Positions 34,261-46,620 of a DNA stretch of 64,000 nt are shown here, one piece after another. Made by a program: the position numbers and the translations under genes. Source of the DNA: Lama glama (lineage: Eukaryota). Where the stretch lies: positions 98,148,001 to 98,212,000 of the forward strand of contig CM052816.1 of NCBI GenBank assembly GCA_028534125.1, read 5' to 3'. Below the pieces are notes generated by a model. That model was not told where the DNA came from. It searched no databases and was given only the letters and a program-made list of their open reading frames with translations. How positions within the stretch are numbered: the stretch's first letter is position 1; each line of letters opens with the position of its first letter.

Positions 34261-37200
34261 CTTTCAGAGGCTGGACGTTTTTGAGAGCCCAGAGCACATA
34301 GACAGAAGTGGCCTGCAAAAAGCAGATTACAAACTCTGTTCCCTGCCTGCAGAGTGGTTGTATACAGAGGGTTTTGAGTCCGTCAGGGCAGTTACTGCCC
34401 CGTCTCATTGAGCCTGTTCAGGGCTGGGCACAAGCTCACCGAGGGATGGTGCGCATTGTGGGGTCTCTGGGCTTTTAGGAACGAGGACGTTGGCCAGCTG
34501 TGTAGAGAGCCCAGGACGGAACGTCCACGAGCTTCTGGTAACTGCCCCCTGGGTCTTGTTTGTCCAACTGCATCACAGAACCTCTTCCAGTTTAACCACT
34601 CACAGGTTTATCACGTGCTTACTCTTCTCTGCAGTTGGAATCGAGGCACCACCAAGAGGCACACCTTTGTGTCTCAGGTGCAGATTGCAAGTTAAACAAG
34701 AGGCCGAGAGTCCTGACCTGGGGAGGGGTATTGACAGACATGGGGTCCAGCCAGGGCAGGGGAGTGATGGAGGCAGCTCCAGAGGGAGGCCCCGGCTGGG
34801 AAAACTCCATCTCGGGACATCGCTGTCCCCAGACACAGAAGTCCAGTGGGCCAGGTACATCGTCACTGAAGCCTGATGGCAGGCGTCCGAGGACACGGGG
34901 CTGGAATCCAAGGATGGGGTGGATCGCTGAGCATGAGCAGCCCCTCCGAAGTCTCCGCAGTTTCTAGGATCTCGCTTTGGTTTTGAGCTGCCGTGGAAAT
35001 AGCAGCCTGTGAAGCAGGTGTCGCTTTTTAAGCTCACAGCGAACAGCACTTCTTAGGGAGCCTCAGGTTGTGCTAAATGTACGAAATGACGTGCCAGCTC
35101 ACACCAGCAAACATGACCAACATTTCACGTGGCACCACAAGGGCCGAGGAGCGCCACTTGGATAAAACAAGCCATCCCAGTCACTAGCTAAGCATGGGTT
35201 TCTCAGTTAACATCTCCTACCCTTGGTTAAGGTTTCAATTTTCCTATCAACCAACCAAAAACCTCAAAGGTCCTTCCATTGTGGGCTGTGCTGGGAACTT
35301 GATAAATGATCCCTCCTACTTGATTTTGCGCTGGCACCAGAAATTCATCATTTCAACGTATCATCTGTCTCCTTGGTGTCAGAGCTGACTTGTTCCCTGT
35401 TTGGGTGCTGTTTCCCTCCGTGCATGGGGAACAGCTTCCAGCAGCAGAAAGTGAGGGCTGTGCTGCTCCCCGAGATGAGGGAAATGTGCAGCAGGTCTGC
35501 TGGCCGCCCTGGGGGCGCTTGGTCCTGGACCCGGGCTTCCCGGTCCTTAGAAACGCCCTCCCACCTCTGATAGCCAAATTCTCAGTGGTAGCAAAATGTC
35601 AGCTAGGAAGGTCTGCCTTGAAGGCTTTACAAGGTCCTCTTTCTCCCATTTCCCCAGCCTCCTGCCAGTGCTGAGAGGAAGTGAGGGAGACATGTGCAGA
35701 CTCCAGTGATGGGCAAAGTGAGGGAGCCAGGGCCACACTTGGCTCCAGAGGTGCCAGAAAAGGCAGGGGTCAATCCTACCAGTGGTTGCAAAGCCAGGGC
35801 CAGGATACAGTCAGTGAGGTGGCCTCCAGGAAGCCTTTCAGCAGGGGGCACGGCCCCTCCACCAGTGGACCTGTGCTCAGAGGCCCCAGCCTCGTACGTC
35901 TGGGTAAGGCATGTGGCTGGTGCATCAGGAGCCAGAGCCTGGCACCGGGGCTCCACCTCTCAGGAGCTGCTACCATGCTGTCCCAGCCGGGAGCCAGCCT
36001 TCACCGACGTTAGGTGTATGGGGCCCTTTGGATCAGGCGGCTCCTTCCTGAGCGGCACAGGCCCCAGGCTATTACTCCTCTCTCTCTAGCCGCCGGCCTG
36101 GCTGGGGCTTGCAGCCAGCTCACCTCACCTCACCTAGTCTCTGAGTGACTCTGTGATCACCCACCGGGCCCCTGCACACGGGGGCCGGGGAGCATCGGCA
36201 GGGCCGTCACAGGCACAGTCCAGGTGGGGGCCGGCTGCCCTGAGACAAAGTGAGGAACCCCCCTGTTGGGAGTGGCAGTGTCACCCATTTAGTCTCTAGA
36301 CCCCCTCGTGGCTGCTTGAGAACTGGCCCTGGGCCCGGAGCGCTTCCCCTCACAGCCCGAGCAGACCTGTCACCTTGTGTGGGACCCTGTTCCCCGTTTC
36401 AGATGCAGTGTGTCCTCCTTTCTGCTGCTTCAGTGTGCGCCAGATGGCACCTGGCCAACCCACTGCTCTATCTGTCCCCTGCTAGGAGAGACCCGGTCCT
36501 TCTGCTGTGGCACAAGAAAGGTCCACGCAGGCCAGTGGCTCTGCGTCCTGGGGGACCAATGCCGACTGCAGGAGCTGGCCTCGCGCTCTCTCGTCTCCCT
36601 GAGGGCAGAGTGTGGTCTGTCCAGGGCTTGGCCGCACTCTTTTTCCTTGGCGGTTCTGCTGTGCGGTGCAGTGGGCTGAAACGCTCTGTTCCTGGCAGTT
36701 CACAAAGAAGCTGCTTGCTGGACCAGCCCCCAGAGCTGTGCAGCACACAGTGCGCAGGCTGCGCTGGGCAGGGTCTGCTCTCGAGTCACAGGGAGTGCGT
36801 GGAGCTAGGGCCTCTGCCTCCCGCCTGTCGCCGTATATCCTCCCCCCGCCCCGGAAGTGCCGGTTGCCGTGCCCACCCCCTAAAGCCCTGCCCCAGTGCC
36901 CTCGTCCTGGCCCCACCCCGGCCAGGCATCCCCCCCATCGTGAGTGTGAGGCAGGCTTTGGAGGCAAAACCCACCCACTCGGGGCAGAGCAGGCCTGGGG
37001 GAATCCACGTCTCATGCAGCACCCACGGTGGCCTTGGAGGTCCCTATATATTTTCTTCCCTCGCCCCCATGAAAATAGCTTTCTCTTGCTTCTCCGAGCA
37101 TATAATTGATTCATGCTTATTGTAAACAAGGTAAGCAATATCTTTAATAAAAACGTTGCCAGCAGAGTAGAATCCTTTGAAATGTTACCATCCTGAGAAA

Positions 37201-37558
37201 ACCATCACCGTCATGAAGGTGACCATCCTCTCGCACCGTCTTTACATCCATTTCCTCTTTCCACATTCTTGAGACGGGAACCAGAGGGCTTGGCTTCAGG
37301 GGCTCCCGTGTGGAAAGAAGAGGTGAGCAGGCTGCCCTGGGGCTCAAGTACGGATCACTAACCACTCTATCAGCTGCTCTTGCAGCCTCTGGCCCCCGGA
37401 CCCCGCTTCCTGAGACCCCGGGCAGCTCAGCATGCGAGTACAAAGAACCAGGACCCCACGTCCTCCCTAAGGTGCCGGGCTGGGTGCAGGCAAAGGCAGG
37501 GGTTGGTGACGCCCCAGGATTAGAGGAGCTCGGGGCTCCCCAGTGCCCCTCAGTTGCT

Positions 37559-38058
37559 NNNNNNNNNNNNNNNNNNNNNNNNNNNNNNNNNNNNNNNNNN
37601 NNNNNNNNNNNNNNNNNNNNNNNNNNNNNNNNNNNNNNNNNNNNNNNNNNNNNNNNNNNNNNNNNNNNNNNNNNNNNNNNNNNNNNNNNNNNNNNNNNNN
37701 NNNNNNNNNNNNNNNNNNNNNNNNNNNNNNNNNNNNNNNNNNNNNNNNNNNNNNNNNNNNNNNNNNNNNNNNNNNNNNNNNNNNNNNNNNNNNNNNNNNN
37801 NNNNNNNNNNNNNNNNNNNNNNNNNNNNNNNNNNNNNNNNNNNNNNNNNNNNNNNNNNNNNNNNNNNNNNNNNNNNNNNNNNNNNNNNNNNNNNNNNNNN
37901 NNNNNNNNNNNNNNNNNNNNNNNNNNNNNNNNNNNNNNNNNNNNNNNNNNNNNNNNNNNNNNNNNNNNNNNNNNNNNNNNNNNNNNNNNNNNNNNNNNNN
38001 NNNNNNNNNNNNNNNNNNNNNNNNNNNNNNNNNNNNNNNNNNNNNNNNNNNNNNNNNN
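37559..38058. other. Assembly gap (500 N)
   Basis: Run of exactly 500 N. Confidence 1.
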
Positions 38059-38378
38059 ACACACACACACACATACATGTATTTACATATATATACACAA
38101 GCATATAAATATATATAGTATATATATATTTCCATTGTAGGTTATTACAAGATACTGAGTACAGTTCACTGTGCTATATGTACAGCATGTCCTTGTTATT
38201 TACTACTTTATATATAGTAGTTTGTATCTGTTAATCCCAAACTGCTAATTTACCCCTCCCCCATCTTCCCCTTTAGTCCCTACAAGTCTGTTTCCTTTGT
38301 CTGTGGATCTGTTTCTCTTTTGTAGGTCGTTTGTGTCATTTAGATTCCACATACAAGTAGTATATTTATCTTTCTCTA
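38059..38378 (-). mobile_element. Cetartiodactyl L1 3'UTR (tail lost in the gap) with a CA/TA tract
   Basis: ttccattgtaggttattacaagatactgagtacagttcactgtgctata...tgtatctgttaatcccaaact...ttagattccacatacaag. Confidence 0.85.
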
Positions 38379-38379
38379 A

Positions 38380-39170
38380 TAGAGTATTTTTAAAATCAGT
38401 TTTTCCTCTTCACTGGTTTAAAAGTCACGCACTTTGTTTTTGTTCTTTTAATACTGACCCTAGGGATTGTACCATGCCTACTTAACTTACTACTTTTAAA
38501 ATAATTCATTCCTTTTATTTGCTTTAGACCAATGCCAGAAAATTACAACACTTGCATTCTTTTACCCTCTCCTGCTTCGTTTACTGTTATTGTTTTAAAA
38601 GATTTTTTAATCCTCAAGAGACATTATTTTATTTAGATTTATGCATGTATTTCCACTTTGTTAGCCCTTGTTTTCTTCTTGCATTTCAAACTTTCTATCT
38701 GGGATAATTTTTTCCTACCTGAACTAAATTCTTAAGAATTTCCTTTAATTTTCTGTTGCCAGTGGTCTCATTTTTTGTTGTAAAGAGTGTTTGTTTAGCC
38801 CTTATTCTTGAAAGATACGTTTAATGGGTATAGACTTATTCCACCCTCATTCATCAGAGATGTCATTTTCATGTCTTCTGGCTTCCATGGCTGTTAGCAA
38901 GAAGTCAATTGGTATTCTCATTCCTTTGAAGGGCTCTCTTCATCTCGCTTTCTACACAAACATACACACATACACACACACACATACACACAGGCACACA
39001 CACATACACACATGCACACACAAACGTGTGTAGATATGCTTTTTTTCTGGATGCCTTTATGATTTTATCTTCCTTTGGGGTGTTGAAGTTTTACTGTGAT
39101 CTGTCTTCCTGTGGATTTAGTTTTATTTTTCCTGCTTGGAATTGGTTGCACTTTTGAACTTGAATAGTTA
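38380..39170 (-). mobile_element. Old L1M fragment with an internal (CA)n-like tract (38955-39025)
   Basis: tctatctgggataattttttcctacctgaa; ttattcttgaaagatac; tgtcttctggcttccatggctgttagcaagaagtca. Confidence 0.7.
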
Positions 39171-40816
39171 GTTAGCAAAACAGCTTGTGAGGCTACGGAG
39201 AGTTATGGGACAGATATCACAAAGAAAGGAGCGATCAGATTCAGAAAGTGTGAGAGGGGGAGGGAAAAAATAGAAACATGCCATCAGGGCCAGATGCTTG
39301 GGAAAGGAGAAGTGGGGTGTGTGTATGTGTGTGTGTGGGCGCGTGCGCACACACACAAAATTTAGAGTTGATGATTCAGTTTACACCTGAACGAAGCTCA
39401 CAGGTTGCATATCTTTCTTCTCAACATCTCACTGAGTTCCTAGTGTAATGTTTTAAAAATGAGTGTTCTAATATTACTTCTTAAAGTCCAAAACCATGGT
39501 GAAAACTCTGAAGCATAAGTCTGAGGCTGTGAGGTCACAATTGTAATCAGAAATTTCCCTAAATTAAAAAGAATGTTAACCTTTCAGTTTTATTATGTAA
39601 TTTGAGCATATTTGTTGAAAATTAGTATAAAAATGAGAACATATGAAATCAGTCTTCTTGGCATCATATAAAATGCAGTCACCTCAAAACTCTTACAAGC
39701 GTCAAGTACTCTGCAGTCATTCTTTTTTTAAGAACACAAGTAATGAAAAGCAGATTTCATTCCAGTAGCTTAATGCCCTGATTAATTAATTATGCTCAGA
39801 GACATCTGGTGAGCCACGCAGAGTGCCCATCGATTTCCAGGATGCACACAGGCAGGGAAGTGTACCTATGGGGAGCCGTTTTAATACATCAATCCATGCA
39901 GGCCCCTTTGCTGAAGCCAACCCACAGTGAACTTCCCAGGATGTCAGCAGCCTGACCTGGGCTGCGCTTGTCTGCACTCTGGCAATTGGCTTTTTTTTTT
40001 CCTGCTTAATAAAGAAGGAATGAGAGACCCACAGGGCTCTCACAGCCTGTCAAGTTTCTCCCTGTCCACTAAGCTTATCTCTTCATTCTCTTGTATTTCT
40101 CAGCCTGCTAAGAGAATAATACACTGAAATCATTATTGCTCAGAGAGATAAAGGTTCTCAAACCTTTTCTGGCTGTGACGGGAACTTTGTGACCATTTCA
40201 CCCCGTGGACCCCAAGGCTGGCTCAGCTGAGCGGGCTGTGGCATCTTCTCTCCCCTTCTCCTTTGCTCTTCCTTGAGTTGGCCTCTTTCTCTTGAAACTG
40301 CACTTGCTGTTAGAGAGGGTGTCAACCCCAGGCCCCTGACCCTGGCTAAGAAGAGGATTCTGTGTAGGCTCAAAACCACCAGGAGAAACATTATAAGACT
40401 TTCTTGCCCAGGTGCCTACACGGGCTCACAGCTGACACGAACTTACCTGTGCATGTATGCATGTGTGCAAGCATGGCTGTTTGTATTCATTTGCCTGTCT
40501 GTCTGCATGAGACCGGCTCCACATTCTCATTTGATCCACGTTTAGACTAACAGAAACACCAGGCAAGATTAGGTGCTCAGTTTCCAGCCCTGGAAAATAA
40601 TGGTGATGACAGCTCTATCTGAAGCTTACAGAACGCTTGCAAGATTCAGTACAATAAGGTGGAAAGATCCAGGACCAGTGGTCCTGGCTTTGCACCCGAC
40701 TGGTTGGATGTTCCTGTGCAGTTTTACTGCATGTTTACTGGGGGTAATTCTTACCTTTCCAGTTGCCATGAGAGCTAAATGAGATAATGTATGCCCAGCT
40801 CTTGTCTAGCAAATGG

Positions 40817-41176
40817 TGAAATGGACAGAATGTGTCTCCCCAAAATTCGTATGCTGAACCCCTAATCCCAGTGTGATTGTATCAGGAGGTGGGGCCTTTG
40901 CAGGGTGATTAGGTCATGTGGATGGAGCCTTCAAGAGCAGGATTAGTCCCCTTTTAAGGAAAGACACTAGAGCGTGCTCTCACTCTGCCCTTTTCATTAT
41001 GCAGGGACACAACCAGAAGTCTGCATCCCAGCAGCACCGGGTCCTCACCTGACCTGACCATGTTGGGACCCTGATCTCAGACCTCCATCCTCCAGAAGGT
41101 GAGAAATAAGTGTCTGTTCTTTATAACCATTCAGTCTGAGATCATTCGTTATAGCACCCTGGAGTGGACTGAGAAA
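40817..41176 (+). mobile_element. MLT1A0-like solo LTR
   Basis: ccccaaaattcgtatgctgaa...aggaggtggggcctttgcagggtgattaggtcatg...gtgagaaataagtgtctgtt; TSD aatgg/catgg. Confidence 0.88.
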
Positions 41177-43049
41177 CATGGGACCAGTTGACTCTAAGGG
41201 TGCCCCTTGCTAGTAGGAAACAGGGACACTGGTGCAGATGTCTCTAGATTTCCTTCTGCTACTTATGTATTCTGACTTTTATACAGTTGAATCAGACTTC
41301 AGGTGTCTGTATATGTCAGTGTGACTTGTACAGACATTTTATCTTGGATTTGATCTTGAAATTTCCTTTAATATCTCAAAGGAGGGTCAGAAGACAGAAG
41401 TTAGCCGAGCTGTCTGAAGGGCTTTTCCTTGTGTCTGTTTGAGATATTGATCTACCAGAAACTGGAGTCACAGTGGGTCACCAACACAGAATAATGAGCC
41501 AAGGTGAGGGGGCTGTTTGTTAAACACCTAGATGTTTGCTAGACATCTTCATACAGTCTCATTTAATAATGATAACCGTCCAAGTTTGGCATAATTAACT
41601 TGCCTTTTGTTCTGCAGATGAACATATCTGAGAGGTCTTATGGATAGAAAGTGATAGATGGAGAGTTTGAGCCCTTTCCACTCAATTCAAACATCTGTAT
41701 TTCCTCTTCTCACTGTTCTATGAGTACTGAGTCAGAGCACAGAGGAGAGGAGGGACGCAGCGGGGGGGGGGCTCTCTGGGGAGGAGGAGGATGGAGTCAG
41801 GGGCACAGAGGAAGGAAGGATGCAGCAGGGGGCTCCCCGGGGAGGAGAATAATGGAGTGTGGGGGACAGAGCCACTACATGACCCTGATGGGAGCACATG
41901 AGTGGTTGATGGTCAGGGTGTATGTCTTGGGATAGAAACAAGCAGAAGTTGAGCATTCTGTAGAAAGTCAAGACCATGGGTCCACAGTATTCAGAAGGCA
42001 GGAGATCAAACAAAGGATCTTCCTGCCTGCCTGCCTCAGTTAGTGATGCTCACCTCGTCTTCCTCCTTTTATGCAAAGATACAACTGTTCCCCTGCTGTG
42101 GTTTGATTTCCATAAACAACTCAGATTGACTTTGTCATAATCCTGCAAATTTAGAAAAGAAGACTTAGGTGCCACTAAGTTTTATAAACTTTTATAATAG
42201 GAAAGTGTGGCAGTGACACAAGTGTCCCGCTTTAAGATCATCTGGTACAGAAAGAGTAAATAAGTTGGAGTGCTTCAAAGTCATGCTTGCATAGGACGTC
42301 AAAGATGGCTTTATTACACATTCATTTATTATGAACTAGAGAGCCCAGGAGACAGAAGTGTAAGCAAAATATAATTTGATTTACAAACATTCAGCTTAAA
42401 TATTTCAAGAAAATATCTGTCGCAGATCGAAGGTACGGCTGTCCTAGCAAAACGCCTGTAACACTGACGTCACGAAGCCCCGCGGTTGTTCTGGGCTGCC
42501 CGTGCTCCCCTGCCCCATGCCAAAGGGCTTACTAGTTGACTTCCAATCGTAAGAACATTTCCTCTTTCAGATTAGTAACTTGACATGTTGTGACCCTAAA
42601 TTCTATTTTCTCTCATCTTTATTGATTGAGACCCACTTGTTGACATTATTAGGCTTTTACACCCCACGTTTCCCTCCTTATTCTGAGGGTCAGCAGTTGC
42701 TAGCTGCCGTTCCTCTGTTGGCACATTAAAAAAAGTATTTACTAAGCCCCGCCACAGAATTACTAAGTCTGTGCAAGGGAGCACACTGGGCTTTTTGCTT
42801 ATGATCCACAATTGACTGATGAGGCTGGTCCTTACAATACATTTCTGTTCTTTCACTATTCGTTTCTGGATTATGATTTAAGAATGAAAGCAGCTCACAT
42901 TTAGCTGCTCTTAAGGGAAAGCAAATCAAACGACAGGACCTGAGTCTAAAGTGTCACCATCATAGACCTGGGTTAGGATCCTAGCCCCTCACTGCATGCT
43001 GAGATTTTTCTGAATCCTGGTGAGTTTTAACAAAGCTATTATCTCATCC

Positions 43050-43617
43050 TTTTGGACTCTGGGTTGGGTTGCAGATGCTGAGGCTCTTCAAACCACTCTC
43101 TGCTTTGCCAGTTGCTCTGACAAAGAGGGTGCTGGAGGGAGACCACCAGACTAGGGGACAGAGCGGGACTTGATCCTCTCAATTTAATCCTAGGAACACA
43201 CCTTCCCCACAGCAGTGCCTGCTGGTTCCAGTTTACAGTTTTTACCTGTATTCCCCAAATCAGACCCAGTGCACCCCCAGAGATAAAAGTGCCAGCAGGA
43301 CAGCACGTCCACTTCTGAGGTTTTAGTATCAGTGTCATGAGTTCCCACCTTCAAAGCTCTGGAGCTATCAGTACCAGTAGGTCCCATTTCCCCCCCTGCT
43401 CATTCAAGTTTCTAAGATCTGATGGTCTCATCCTCTGTCCTTGGTCCCCCCAAGCTCAGGGGAAGTAGCTGTTTCTTGCACAGTCTGTCCTCATGTTATG
43501 ATCTTCTTGTACCTTTTCAATACTTTAATAATCATTTAACCAATACTGTCTATTAATTTCTCTGTATTAAAACAACTGGTGGGACTTCTATACTCCTGAG
43601 TGGACGCCCACTGATAC
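43050..43617 (+). mobile_element. Old ERVL-class LTR (LTR41/LTR67-like)
   Basis: 3' end attaatttctctgtattaaaacaactggtgggacttctatactcctgagtggacgcccactgatac is typical of ERVL LTR termini. Confidence 0.5.
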
Positions 43618-43659
43618 CATCAAGTTCTTCGTATACAAAGTGGCAATCAGAAAATCTAC

Positions 43660-44105
43660 TGCTATGGGTTGAATTGGCTCCCTCCAAATTCACGTGTCAA
43701 AGTCCTAACCCCCAATACCTCAGAATGTGAACTTATCTGGAAATAAGTCATGGAAGAGGTAATTCGTTAAGATGAGGTCATCCTGGAGCAGAGTGGCGTC
43801 CTAACCCAATAGGATTGGTGTCCTTGTACGGAGAGATGAGGACACAGACACATGAGTGGAGAACATCGTGCAATGAGAGAGGCAGAGACTGGGCAAGCCA
43901 AGGCTCTCCAAGGGCTGCCAGCCGGGACACCAGGAGCAGGGAGAGGCGTGGAACAGGTTCTTTCTCATAGTCCTTAGAAAGAAGCTATCTTGCCCACAGC
44001 TCGATTTTGAGCTCCCAGCCTCCAAAACTGTGAGGAAATTGATTTCTGTTGTTTTAAGGCATTTGGTTTGTGGTCCTTTGTCCCAGCAGCCCTAGGAAGA
44101 CTGCA
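43660..44105 (+). mobile_element. MLT1B/C-like solo LTR
   Basis: tgctatgggttgaattg...gtcctaacccccaatacctcagaatgtga...agcctccaaaactgtgag...gcagccctaggaa. Confidence 0.88.
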
Positions 44106-46267
44106 GAGAGCCCCGTTCGGTGGCTGACATACACTAGTTTTCAGTAAAGGGGAGCTGTTCTTATCAGCATAAGCTTTACCAGTAATGGTCGTCCTCGTGG
44201 GCTGTGCCTGGCTTGCTCCTGGCCCTTGACTCAGCTGCTGACGGGCCTGGAGGCAGAAGCATGCTTTGAGGGCCTTCAGTGGGCCCCTCTTTAATGATCA
44301 GCAAGGAGAGGGAGCTCTCAGCAGGGCCATCTCAGCTCCCGAGTTCCCTAGGGGACCTGCTGAACCCACTGTGACACTGACCATCTCAGTCCACCTCATG
44401 GTCCTCCTCCCCACCCCCTCAAAGGATGGTCCCCATTGAACCCCTGCACACATGCCCCTATCTCAAAGTCTGTCTCCCTGGTGAATCTGATACCTTAAAG
44501 TAAATACAAAGTCTGCATTTAGGTTTTGCAAAGCAAAAATTGATGGATTCTACAGGAATTCTTGTGATTTTACACAAATTTTAGTTCACCTAATGGCTCA
44601 GCGCTGTTTGTTCAGCAGCATCAGAAACACTATAAACTCTGTTTAGAAAATACAGCATCCCTTGGCTGACTTAAATGTTCTATTCCCAATTGTAAACCTG
44701 TCAGGGGATGGTCTCAGCTAGAATACACATCCATCTAAGATTGCTCGGCCCAAGGGTATTCTGCGCTGCCGCTAGGCTGAATATTGCTTGTTGAAAATGA
44801 AGATGATATTCTGTGTGGACACATGGCAATCCTGTCCACAGCAGAAGACAGTACTGTAGAGTTTAAGTGGCAAATAACTAAAACACCTATGATGTTGCCC
44901 CTTTGTTCTATTTTAAAGATGCATTCAAAGTAATATGTGATTTGAAAAACAATTTGAATAGATTGGAGTTTCAAATTTTATCCTCAGCAGAATGCCTGCT
45001 TCCTCCTGCACACCATTCACAGGTGTGTTCCTGGCGGTAGCAAGTCAGTGTAGCAACTGCTGCCTTCCAAGAACAAATGTGGAGTGTTCGCTGTTTACCA
45101 CACAGACGGGCTAGTGAACAAAATCCACAAAGACGTTCTTACCATCTAAGACTGAGAAGAGGACGAGATTCTCAAACATGCTTGCTTTTCATCTAACTTT
45201 GCCTTATTTCTCCCAGAATGGGAAGTTAGAAAGAGTGGGAGTTGTGTAGGGCAGGGCAGTGGTTTCTGAGTGCTTCCAGGAGAGACCCTTTGGAGTATCA
45301 CCAATTTAGTGGGAAATCATGAGATGCTTGTACTTTTAATAAAGACTACTGAGGAAACACATTATGAATACACTATGAGAGATGATATCAATTCAGTAAC
45401 ACCTTGAAATAATTTTAAATTTTATTAATCACAGTAGCATCTATATGGTTGAAAAATATAGTAGATACGTGTGTCAGAGAAAGTGTGTGCATGTTTAATT
45501 CAGTTCAAAGAAAATGCACAGTTGGTGCAGGAAATCCTGCAGCACCCCAGGGCTCTGGGGACTAAGATGGACAAAAAAAGGGGAGAAGGATGGGTGCCCG
45601 TGCACTGGGGACCTAGGGCCGCGTCTCCTGCCCTGGCTCCCACTCACTGAGGGGATGGACGACCTTGGAGAATTCAGCCTTTCACTTGCTGCTCCTTCCT
45701 CTTCCATAAAAAAGTGCACTAGCTTTAGAAGATCTATTCACTTCATGTGACCTTCTGGGAGTCTCTTCTAAGTTTTAGGTGTGTGGCACTTTGCACTCAG
45801 TGACATTCCAATGTTAAGGCACTGCTTCTGTCCGCTGTGTGAATAAACTCCTGACCACCCAGGTCTTTGCCCTGGAATAACTAATGAACACAGAGCGGGG
45901 ATCAGGAGCTCCTGCGAGCGGTTCAGTTAACCAAGGACGCTTCTGTCCGTGTGGCAGTGGTGCCAGTGCCGGGTCCCCAGGAGGGTCCTCCGGCCACAGG
46001 TCCCAGGTCTGGCCCATGGTTGTTGGTGAGGCCGTTGATCATCCGCTGTGCCGGCCCATTTTGGATCCCCTCAGGGAACGCACCCCCTGTGTTCTTTTCC
46101 TTTGGATTTTCTCTCTGCTCCATGTCCGCATCTGATCATCAAAATGGGTTCTACCGCCTTTCATTTGTGTCAGCGTCGTGACGTGATTTCCCAGCACAGT
46201 GATGTGATTTGTAGAACAGAGTCAGGTGCCTCCGCCTCCCTGATTCCCAGCTCTCGACAGGCGCTCA

Positions 46268-46620
46268 GATGCACTCCATGTTCACGGAGTAGAAAGCGCA
46301 ATATTGTTAGGATGTTAATTCTCTTCAAACGGCTCTATGGTGTTTGTACAACCCCGGTCAAAATTTCAGCAGGATAAATAAATAACAAAAGATATGCTTA
46401 TTTGATTTTAATTGGAACTCCATAAAATTCTTAGATTATTTTAGAGGAGAGCTGACATCATACTATGCTGAGTCTTCTAACTCATAAAGAGGGCATAGCC
46501 CACTGTTTATTTAGATTTTCTTCAATTTTTTCAGTGGTAATTCTGTAGTTTTCTGTGTGGAGGTCTTATATGTTGAGGTTTTTGAGGTTATAAAAATTAT
46601 TTAGCATTTTTAAACATTTT
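46268..46620. mobile_element. Two old L1 ORF2 fragments in opposite orientation
   Basis: 46268-46373 sense (ccatgttcacggagtagaaagcgcaatattgttaggatgttaattctc); 46396-46620 antisense copy of the same segment. Confidence 0.75.

Noticed and set aside
36250..37138. Overlapping 291, 218 and 165 aa ORFs
   Set aside because: Several frames on both strands are open because GC-rich DNA lacks stops; the peptides are P/G/R/A/S-rich with no recognisable domain.
37144..38140. Long ORFs across the second gap
   Set aside because: Same N-run artefact, plus a CA/TA microsatellite.
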